NCBI GenBank assembly: GCA_964582765.1
Contig: CAZOSW010000002.1
Coordinates: 15,041 to 70,775, forward strand
Direction: 5' to 3'
From: an uncultured Planctomycetales bacterium
GTDB taxonomy: Bacteria > Omnitrophota > Gorgyraeia > Gygaellales > Profunditerraquicolaceae
Length of the DNA: 55,735 nt
Below, piece by piece: positions 48,624-55,735 of the stretch (position 1 is the first letter of the stretch; each line of letters starts with the position of its first letter). Under the pieces are notes generated by a model, which saw only the letters and a list, made by a program, of their open reading frames with translations, searched no databases and was not told the DNA's origin. A program made the translations under genes and the position numbers.

Positions 48624-49583
48624 ATGGATAAAATCACTGAAACGATTAAAAAATACGGCCTGATTCAGAAAGGGGATAAAATTCTACTTGGGGTTTCTGG
48701 TGGGCCGGATTCCCTAACCTTGCTTTTAAAGCTCGCCGGTTTAAAATCCAGGATGGGTTTGGTTCTCCATATTGCCCACGTTGACCATAATTTACGTCAG
48801 GATTCAGGAGCTGATGCTTCTTTTGTGAAAAAGTGGGCTAAAAAATTAGATATACCGTTAAGCTTAAAAAAACTGAGTGCCAATTTTATCAAAAAAAATG
48901 GTTCTCTCGAAGAAATATACAGAGAGGCAAGGCTGGATTTTTTTATTAAGACCGCTAAAGAGATCAAAGCTGATAAGGTTGCCTTGGGCCATAACCTTGA
49001 TGACCAAGCGGAGACTATTCTGATGCGCCTATTGCGGGGGACCGGTTTATCAGGATTAAGCGGGATATCCGCAAAAAGAAATATTCGGGGAGTAATTTTT
49101 ATTAGGCCTCTTTTGGAAATTCCCCGTTGCCAAATTGATGATTTTTTAAGAAGGAAAGGAGTTAAACCGCGTATTGACTCAACTAACCTAGAAGATTTAT
49201 TCCTGCGCAATAAGATCCGGCATAATCTAATTCCTTTACTTAAAAAAGAATATAATCAAAATATTGTGGAGGGATTGGCTAATTTAGCTGAAAGCGTTTC
49301 CTACGATTACGAATACTTAGACCAGGTTGCCAGGCGTAGCGCAAAGGGAAACATTTTACGGCTTAATCTAAATAAAATTATGAGATTATGTCCTGCAATC
49401 TTACGCCTTAAACTCAGGCAAAGCATAGCATATATCCAGGGTGACACGCGTAGAATAGGTTTTGCCCATATTAAAGAAATAGAGGATTTACTTACCAACC
49501 GGCCAATCGGCTCTATAGTTGATTTACCAAAGAGGATATCCGTACAGAAAACCCGTAATTGCCTGCGTTTCTTTAAGCGCTAA
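48624..49583 (+). CDS. tilS: tRNA(Ile)-lysidine synthase
   Basis: 319 aa with PP-loop LGVSGGPDSLTLL and HNLDDQAETILMRLLRG. Confidence 0.9.
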   Translation: MDKITETIKKYGLIQKGDKILLGVSGGPDSLTLLLKLAGLKSRMGLVLHIAHVDHNLRQDSGADASFVKKWAKKLDIPLSLKKLSANFIKKNGSLEEIYREARLDFFIKTAKEIKADKVALGHNLDDQAETILMRLLRGTGLSGLSGISAKRNIRGVIFIRPLLEIPRCQIDDFLRRKGVKPRIDSTNLEDLFLRNKIRHNLIPLLKKEYNQNIVEGLANLAESVSYDYEYLDQVARRSAKGNILRLNLNKIMRLCPAILRLKLRQSIAYIQGDTRRIGFAHIKEIEDLLTNRPIGSIVDLPKRISVQKTRNCLRFFKR

Positions 49584-49659
49584 ATCCATAAAATGCTTGA
49601 TTTTACGCTCTTTTAAAGATATAATAAGTCTCTTAATTAACATTAAATGGAGAAATAAA

Positions 49660-51516
49660 ATGAATTCTCAAAATAAACCTAAATCTGACAAAAATAAAAA
49701 ATTTAAACGTTTTCCGTTCGGCTGGTTGTTTGTCTTTTTTTTATTCATTATACTGATAAACTCATTCGGCAATATTCCTATAACCGGCATTCCTAAGGAG
49801 ATTACATACAGCCAGTTTTATAAGCTCCTAAAGGATAATCCCGACAGTATAAAAAAAGTTACCAAAACCGAGACTATCCTGCAAGGTGATCTTTCAGATA
49901 ATTCCAAGTTTTTTGTCAATATTCCAGAAAATGACCAGGAATTACTTAGCCTTATGCGCACTAATTTAAACAATTTTGAAGTAAAGCCAGCGCGCACATT
50001 TTGGATTACATTGCTCTTTAACTTAGGACCGATATTGTTGCTTATTTTCTTTTGGTGGATGATGGCAGCTCGCGGAGAACAACTTGGCAGTAAGATCATG
50101 ACTTTTGGAAAAGTCAAATCTAAAATTCAGAGCAATACTGAAAAAGCTACTTTTGATGATGTTGCCGGAGTAGACGAGGCAAAAGAAGAATTAAAAGAAG
50201 TAATCGAATTCCTTAAAGACCCAAAGAAATTCCAAAAACTAGGGGGAAAGATTCCTAAGGGTGTTCTTTTGGTCGGCCCTCCGGGATGCGGAAAAACACT
50301 TATTGCCCGTGCAGTCGCAGGGGAAGCTAATGTGCCATTTTTTAGCATATCAGGCTCTAATTTTGTAGAAATGTTTGTAGGGGTGGGTGCTAGCCGCGTG
50401 AGAGATTTATTTGACCAGGGCCGGAAAGCCGGAGTAGTCTCGGGCAAAGGAGCAATAATTTTTATTGATGAAATTGATGCTGTGGGACGTTTGCGTTTTT
50501 CCGGGATCGGGGGAGGTAATGACGAACGCGAACAAACTCTTAATCAGTTATTAGTTGAGATGGACGGATTTGACGGCCAGCAGGGTTTAATTCTTATTGC
50601 GGCGACTAATCGTCCGGATACTTTGGATCCGGCGCTTATGCGCCCGGGGAGATTTGACCGTACTATTATTGTGAATCTTCCTGATATTAAAGGCCGCGAA
50701 GAAATAATTAAGGTTCATACCCGCAAGATCAAGGTTGCTTCTTCGGTTAATTTTAAATCCGTGGCTAGTCAAACTCCAGGTTTTTCCGGGGCTGACCTTG
50801 CCAATCTTTGCAATGAGGCAGCGCTTATGGCCGGACGCAATAATAAGGAGGCGGTTGAAGAAATCGATTTCGATAAATCGGTGGAAAGAGTCCTAATGGG
50901 GCCGGAGAAAAAAAGCCATATTATGTCGAGTAAGGAAAAGGAAATTACCTCTTTGCATGAATCCGGACATGCGCTTCTTTCATTATTGTTGCCTGAGGTG
51001 AATCCTTTAAAAAAGGTTTCTATCATTCCCAGAGGATTGGCGGGAGGTTATACTTTTACTCCGCCGTTAGAAGACAGGCATTATTGGACCAAAAAAGAAT
51101 TGCTTGCTGAAATTACTATGATACTTGGAGGCAGGGCTTCGGAAGAGATAAACCTAGATGAAGTAACTACCGGTGCACAAAATGATTTAGAGGTAGCAAC
51201 GACAATGGCAAGGCGTATGGTTACTCAATTCGGCATGTCTGAGAATTTGGGAAATTTAACTTTAGGTAAAAGAGAAGGCTTAGTATTTTTAGGCCGCGAT
51301 ATCATGGAGGAAAGAAATTACAGCGAGCAAACAGCGCGTTTGATTGATGAAGAAGTTAAAAAGATAATAGACGATGCCTATGGTAAAGCTATAGGCATGT
51401 TAAAAAATAATCAGGATAAGCTCAAGCTTCTTTCAAACAGCCTCCTAGAAAAAGAAGTCTTAAGCGGTGAAGAAGTAAAGAAGATACTTGGGATTGAAAA
51501 AAACGATCTGGCCTAA
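49660..51516 (+). CDS. ftsH: ATP-dependent zinc metalloprotease FtsH
   Basis: Start at ATG 49660 after GGAG, with two TM helices. Walker [31 protein letters not shown], and HESGHAL zinc site. Confidence 0.95.
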   Translation: MNSQNKPKSDKNKKFKRFPFGWLFVFFLFIILINSFGNIPITGIPKEITYSQFYKLLKDNPDSIKKVTKTETILQGDLSDNSKFFVNIPENDQELLSLMRTNLNNFEVKPARTFWITLLFNLGPILLLIFFWWMMAARGEQLGSKIMTFGKVKSKIQSNTEKATFDDVAGVDEAKEELKEVIEFLKDPKKFQKLGGKIPKGVLLVGPPGCGKTLIARAVAGEANVPFFSISGSNFVEMFVGVGASRVRDLFDQGRKAGVVSGKGAIIFIDEIDAVGRLRFSGIGGGNDEREQTLNQLLVEMDGFDGQQGLILIAATNRPDTLDPALMRPGRFDRTIIVNLPDIKGREEIIKVHTRKIKVASSVNFKSVASQTPGFSGADLANLCNEAALMAGRNNKEAVEEIDFDKSVERVLMGPEKKSHIMSSKEKEITSLHESGHALLSLLLPEVNPLKKVSIIPRGLAGGYTFTPPLEDRHYWTKKELLAEITMILGGRASEEINLDEVTTGAQNDLEVATTMARRMVTQFGMSENLGNLTLGKREGLVFLGRDIMEERNYSEQTARLIDEEVKKIIDDAYGKAIGMLKNNQDKLKLLSNSLLEKEVLSGEEVKKILGIEKNDLA

Positions 51517-51521
51517 AAATA

Positions 51522-52724
51522 ATGCGGATCTTTAGCTTTAACAATCAAAATGAAATAAAAAAAATTATGCATGATATTGGTGTTGACCCTTATGGGGCCA
51601 AGATCATGCTGTCCAAAGCTTTAAATTTTTTAATTTTCATAAAAAATGTTAATAATATTGCCGCTAATATTCTTAAGCAAGAAATGCTTTCTCTGGGAGG
51701 GGATGCGGCAATAGCCCGGGGGGCACTTACAGGGAAAATCAAAAAAACCGATATTCTTATTATCGGTTCCCTTGGACAATTTAATTCTCTTAAATATAAA
51801 TTAAAATTCCAGCCGTTTGGCCTTAAGAATGTTAGTGAAAAGTTAGGAGAAGGAATTAAAAACTATTTAGGAGATAATTTTATTTTACATTTAAGGAAAC
51901 GCTCTTTGAATCTTAGTAAAAAAACGCACATCATGGGTATTATTAATTTGACTCCGGATTCGTTTAGCGGTGATGGTTTATATAGAAAGGGCAGCGATAG
52001 CTTTATTAGCTTAGCTCTTAAAAAAGCGGAGCAAATGGCAGAAGATGGAGCAGATATTATTGATCTTGGCGGGCAATCCAGCCGTCCGGGTGCCAAAAAT
52101 ATAAGTATCAAAGAAGAATTACACCGGGTTGTGCCGGCGGTTAAGCTATTGGCTAAGCGGATTAATTTACCTATTTCTATCGATACTTTAAAACCGGAAG
52201 TAGCTAAGGCTGCATTAGATTCCGGCGCCCAAATAGTTAACGATATCTCAGGATTAAGAAGCAGGCAGATGATTAAAATGGTTGCTAAATACAAAGCGGC
52301 GGTAGTTATCATGCATATGCTTGGCAAACCGGTTAATATGCAAAAAATAATTTCTTATCAATCTTTGATTGAGGATATTGCTGTTTATTTAAAGAATGCA
52401 ATTTGCTCGGCGCATTCTTTGGGGGTAAAGAGCGACAAAATTATTATAGACCCCGGTATTGGGTTTGGTAAGAATCCGGCTGATAACCTTCAAATAATTA
52501 AAAGGCTGGCGGATTTTAAAGTTTTAGGGAAACCTGTTCTAATAGGCCTTTCGCGCAAATCTTTTATCGGTAATGTTTTGGGAAATAGTTTAGGAAGCAA
52601 GCTTACCGGCACGCTTGCAAGTTGCGTGATCGCTGCGCAAAACGGCGCGAATATAGTTCGCGTTCATGACGTAAGAGAAGTAAGTCAATCTTTAAAAATG
52701 GTTGAGGCTGTAAGAAAATGCTGA
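51522..52724 (+). CDS. folP: Dihydropteroate synthase with a ~125-aa N-terminal extra domain
   Basis: 400 aa. The pterin-binding domain starts at IMGIINLTPDSFSGDG, followed by DIGGQSSRPG and DPGIGFGK. Confidence 0.9.
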   Translation: MRIFSFNNQNEIKKIMHDIGVDPYGAKIMLSKALNFLIFIKNVNNIAANILKQEMLSLGGDAAIARGALTGKIKKTDILIIGSLGQFNSLKYKLKFQPFGLKNVSEKLGEGIKNYLGDNFILHLRKRSLNLSKKTHIMGIINLTPDSFSGDGLYRKGSDSFISLALKKAEQMAEDGADIIDLGGQSSRPGAKNISIKEELHRVVPAVKLLAKRINLPISIDTLKPEVAKAALDSGAQIVNDISGLRSRQMIKMVAKYKAAVVIMHMLGKPVNMQKIISYQSLIEDIAVYLKNAICSAHSLGVKSDKIIIDPGIGFGKNPADNLQIIKRLADFKVLGKPVLIGLSRKSFIGNVLGNSLGSKLTGTLASCVIAAQNGANIVRVHDVREVSQSLKMVEAVRKC

Positions 52725-53485
52725 TTAATAATCTAATTCTATACTGGAAACCCGCTATAGAGATTGTTATCCTATGGTTTTTTATTTACCATATTATGCT
52801 TTTCTTTGAAGGCACCAAGGCATTGCAGGCTTTACGCGGAATAATCGTACTTCTGTTTGCTTTTTTAGTTTTTCAGAAATTTGATTTTCTTGTATTAAAC
52901 TGGTTGATTAATAAACTTTTTGGAATCAGCGTTATTGCAATATTAATTATTTTTCATTCAGAGATTAGGCAGGGATTGGCTTCATTGGGGAAACGGCAGA
53001 TTTTCAGGTATAATTTAAATGAGGAAGATGCGGATATTTTTGTCAAGCAAATTACTGTTGCCTGTGAAAACCTTGCGCAAAATAAACTTGGAGCCTTAAT
53101 TGCTATTGAGAAAATGGATTCTTTAGCTGAATATATCAAAAACGGTGAAGCTATAGATTCGCGTATTTGCGCGGATTTAATTCAGGCAATTTTTACTCCC
53201 AATAATCCGCTTCATGACGGTGGCCTGATTATTGTCCGTGGAAGGATTGCCGCAGCCGGTTGCATATTTCCTTTAGCTACAAGTTGGGACTTAAGCCGAC
53301 TTTTCGGAACGCGCCATCGTGCGGCTTTAGGTTTAAGTGAAGAAACCGATGCCGTATTAATTGTGGTATCGGAAGAAAGATCTGATATATCCATAATTTA
53401 CCGCAAGAAATTTTATAGAGATTTAGGCGGCGGTCAGCTGGAACTAAAAATAAAAGAATTACTTAAAACAAATAATGATGAATAA
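52718..53485 (+). CDS. cdaA: Diadenylate cyclase CdaA (membrane-anchored DAC domain)
   Basis: 255 aa with three N-terminal TM helices, then LHDGGLIIV, GTRHRAALGLSEETDA and VVSEE. Confidence 0.9.
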   Translation: MLINNLILYWKPAIEIVILWFFIYHIMLFFEGTKALQALRGIIVLLFAFLVFQKFDFLVLNWLINKLFGISVIAILIIFHSEIRQGLASLGKRQIFRYNLNEEDADIFVKQITVACENLAQNKLGALIAIEKMDSLAEYIKNGEAIDSRICADLIQAIFTPNNPLHDGGLIIVRGRIAAAGCIFPLATSWDLSRLFGTRHRAALGLSEETDAVLIVVSEERSDISIIYRKKFYRDLGGGQLELKIKELLKTNNDE

Positions 53486-53606
53486 GAATAAAAAAGATAC
53501 CCTTTCCCGCATAGTAAGCCTTATTACTACTCATCCTTGGCTAAAACTTGTATCTTTACTCCTGGCAATTATCGTTTGGTTTTATGTGAAAGGTGAAGGC
53601 CTGTAA
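53478..53606 (+). CDS. 42-aa ORF resembling only the N-terminal membrane anchor of CdaR/YbbR
   Basis: MNKNKKDTLSRIVSLITTHPWLKLVSLLLAIIVWFYVKGEGL. Overlaps the cdaA stop by 8 nt, in the position where cdaR normally sits. Below the ORF-track cutoff. Confidence 0.4.
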   Translation: MNKNKKDTLSRIVSLITTHPWLKLVSLLLAIIVWFYVKGEGL

Positions 53607-53614
53607 AATCAAAT

Positions 53615-54328
53615 ATGCCTAAATTAGGAGTAAATATCGATCATGTAGCTACTTTACGCCAGGCTCGGCGGGTTAATGTCCCCGATCCGGTTCATGCGGC
53701 ACTTCTATGTGAAAGAGCGGGAGCTGATAGTATTGTAGCACATCTGCGGGAAGACCGTCGGCATATTCAGGATAGCGATATTAAAAATCTAGGCAAGAAA
53801 ATTAAAACTAAATTTAATCTTGAAATGTCCATAGCTCCGGAAATTTTAAAAATTGCCTGTAAAATAAAGCCTTTCCAGGCTACCTTGGTGCCTGAAAAAA
53901 GAAGAGAGCTGACTACTGAGGGCGGGTTGGATGTTGCCGCTAATTTTAGAAAAGTAGTGGTTGCTTTAAAAAAACTTAAGAAAGCCGGCATACGGGTAAG
54001 TTTATTTATTGATCCAGACAAGAATCAGATTGACTCTGCCTATCGAGCCGGAGCCAAAATTATCGAGTTGCATACCGGCCGTTACGCAGAGGCAAAGAAT
54101 ATTAAACAAAGAAACAAATTTTTTAATCAAATGAAAGTTGCCGTAAAGTATGCTTTATCTAAAGGTTTAATTGTTAATGCCGGCCATGGACTCGATTACG
54201 CTAATGTCAGGCGTATTGCCGGTATCCGGGGAATAGAAGAGCTTAATATTGGTTATTCCATAATAGCTAAGGCGATTTTTACGGGCCTATCCAAAGCAGT
54301 TAAAGAGATGCGCCGACTTTTAAGATAA
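53615..54328 (+). CDS. pdxJ: Pyridoxine 5'-phosphate synthase
   Basis: 237 aa with LGVNIDHVATLRQAR, HLREDRRHI and ELHTG. Confidence 0.95.
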   Translation: MPKLGVNIDHVATLRQARRVNVPDPVHAALLCERAGADSIVAHLREDRRHIQDSDIKNLGKKIKTKFNLEMSIAPEILKIACKIKPFQATLVPEKRRELTTEGGLDVAANFRKVVVALKKLKKAGIRVSLFIDPDKNQIDSAYRAGAKIIELHTGRYAEAKNIKQRNKFFNQMKVAVKYALSKGLIVNAGHGLDYANVRRIAGIRGIEELNIGYSIIAKAIFTGLSKAVKEMRRLLR

Positions 54329-54684
54329 TGATAATCGGAACCGGTGTTGATATAACCGAAGTTCGCCGTATTCGTCAGGCAATTCAGAAATGGGGGGATG
54401 ATTTTTTAAGCCGCGTCTTTACTGAAACCGAATTAGAAAATGCTAACACTCGAGTTTCTTTTTATCAGCATCTAGCCGGAAGATTTGCCGCCAAAGAGGC
54501 GGTTTTTAAAGCAATGGGGGACAGTAAACTTTCTTGGCAGGATATTCAAGTATACAATAATCATGAAGGTAAACCAATTTGCCAATTTTTAAACGGAAAA
54601 TATAAAGATATTAACGTGTATATTTCTATTTCACATGTCAAAACTTATGCGGTTGCCAACGCGCTTATTACTAAGAAAAGCTGA
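54328..54684 (+). CDS. acpS: Holo-[acyl-carrier-protein] synthase
   Basis: 118 aa with IGTGVDITEV, AGRFAAKEAVFKA and ISISH. Confidence 0.9.
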   Translation: MIIGTGVDITEVRRIRQAIQKWGDDFLSRVFTETELENANTRVSFYQHLAGRFAAKEAVFKAMGDSKLSWQDIQVYNNHEGKPICQFLNGKYKDINVYISISHVKTYAVANALITKKS

Positions 54685-55501
54685 TTCTCATAAAAGCGAC
54701 TATGGGCATATATTGATTCTGGCCGGCTCAAGCAGATTTTCTGGAGCGGCCTTACTTTGCGCAGAAGCAGCCCTACGCGCAGGTGCCGGGTTAGTAACAT
54801 TAGGCATACCTAAAGGAATAAATCTTGCGGTAATTAAAAATAAGGCAAAAGAAGTAATGACTTTGCCTTTTCCAGAAACTAAAGATGGCACTCTGAGTAA
54901 AGCGGCTTTTATTAAGATCAGGATTTTTCTTGAGAATGTTGATGTGCTGATAATCGGCCCTGGACTTGGAAAGCATAAATCAACTTATGCGTTAATAAGG
55001 AAAATTATAGCAGAATCAAATCTTCCTACCGTTCTTGATGCCGACGGCCTTAACGCTCTGAATAAACATTTAAAGATTCTAGAAGTACATAGGGGAGAAT
55101 TAATCTTGACTCCTCATGAGAAAGAGATCTCTCGACTCTTTGGGATAAGCTCTGGTTTTGTAAATAAAAACAGGAAATTGGTTGCGGAAAAGTACGCTAA
55201 ATACTATAATAGTGTAATTATACTTAAAGGGCATAATAGCATTGTAACTAGTGCCAGGGGAAAATGTTATATAAATAGGACCGGTAACCCAGGAATGGCA
55301 ACTGCTGGAAGTGGAGATGTGCTTAGCGGGATTGTTGGTGCGTTTCTGGCTCAAGGGTTAGATAGTTTTACGGCTGCTAAATACGCAACATATATTCACG
55401 GCTTAGCCGGAGATATTGCAGCAAAAGATAAAACACAGATGGGATTAATCGCATCCGATATTATTAACCGGATTCCGGATGCGATTAAGAAATGTAGTTA
55501 G
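54635..55501 (+). CDS. nnrD: ADP-dependent NAD(P)H-hydrate dehydratase (YjeF C-terminal family)
   Basis: 288 aa with SHKSDYGHILILAGS, GPGLG, LTPHEKE and GSGDVLSG. A start at 54635 or 54647 overlaps acpS by about 40-50 nt. Confidence 0.85.
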   Translation: MSKLMRLPTRLLLRKADSHKSDYGHILILAGSSRFSGAALLCAEAALRAGAGLVTLGIPKGINLAVIKNKAKEVMTLPFPETKDGTLSKAAFIKIRIFLENVDVLIIGPGLGKHKSTYALIRKIIAESNLPTVLDADGLNALNKHLKILEVHRGELILTPHEKEISRLFGISSGFVNKNRKLVAEKYAKYYNSVIILKGHNSIVTSARGKCYINRTGNPGMATAGSGDVLSGIVGAFLAQGLDSFTAAKYATYIHGLAGDIAAKDKTQMGLIASDIINRIPDAIKKCS

Positions 55502-55502
55502 T

Positions 55503-55575
55503 GCCGGCGTAGCTCAGTTGGTAGAGCAATTGTTTTGTAAACAATGGGTCGGGGGTTCGATTCCTCTCGCCGGCT
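55503..55575 (+). tRNA. tRNA-Thr (TGT)
   Basis: 73-nt cloverleaf with acceptor GCCGGCG/CGCCGGC, anticodon loop TTTGTAA and T-loop TTCGATT. Confidence 0.9.
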
Positions 55576-55680
55576 TTATAAGTTAAGATATAAAGGTCGA
55601 TAGTCTATGGCCTACGGTCTATAAAATCTGTTTTATAGACAATAGTCTATAGTACATCGTCGCTGAATTTTTAGCAATAC

Positions 55681-55735
55681 GGGCAGGTACCCAAGTGGCC
55701 AAAGGGGACAGACTGTAAATCTGTTGCACCTGTGC
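55681..55735 (+). tRNA. tRNA-Tyr (GTA), truncated by the window end
   Basis: GGGCAGGTACCCAAGTGGCCAAAGGGGACAGACTGTAAATCTGT... has a class II D-arm, anticodon loop CTGTAAA and the beginning of a long variable arm. Confidence 0.8.

Noticed and set aside
1-55735. Prophage, integrative element or defence island associated with the tRNA repeats.
   Set aside because: No integrase, recombinase, transposase, phage structural gene, restriction, toxin-antitoxin or cas gene is recognisable anywhere in the window. Only short repeat scars are present.

Overview
AT-rich bacterial chromosomal window, almost entirely plus-strand and tightly packed with housekeeping genes. The organism is a diderm (LptD) and probably an anaerobe, since it carries a corrinoid iron-sulfur protein / Wood-Ljungdahl methyl-branch module. 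The lineage cannot be named from sequence alone. In order, the window holds: sugar kinase, transaldolase and lptD; a nucleotide-sugar block (ugd, a second dehydrogenase, uxs); cvpA, NIF3-like, dnaG, rpoD; a PAS-GGDEF-HD-GYP signalling protein; two tRNAs; a zinc-ribbon protein, RNase HI and RNase P RNA; yebC-ruvC-ruvA-scpB; an aromatic amino acid block (pheA-hisC-aroF-tyrA); cmk-lepA-lepB-pgsA-plsY; a lone minus-strand 1066-aa GH94-like protein; gatCAB, ctp, yibQ-like, tsaD; mgtC, a bactofilin-HTH fusion, an HTH-TM protein, larB; acsC-acsV(RACo)-cooC-acsD-acsE; an ~800-nt noncoding tract around a tRNA(CAU); a minus-strand Wzx-like flippase; tilS-ftsH-folP-cdaA-pdxJ-acpS-nnrD; and tRNA-Thr plus a partial tRNA-Tyr. 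No CRISPR array, integrase, transposase or recognisable defence system was seen. The most unusual signal is noncoding. The tRNA(CAU) at 46587-46660 is flanked upstream by a copy of its own 5' end, with a GC-rich structured insert between them. It is followed downstream by two near-identical 121-nt hairpin-rich units, each ending in an exact copy of the tRNA 3' end, plus a diverged fourth copy. A second tRNA(CAU) at 15454 has a similar but decayed arrangement. Other points: a REP-like palindrome in two copies with a flipped loop, an RNase HI CDS that runs into rnpB, two tRNAs with non-canonical T-loops, a CFeSP module without CODH/ACS in the window, and a 42-aa remnant-like CdaR. All protein calls rest on motif recognition by eye. 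No searches were run.
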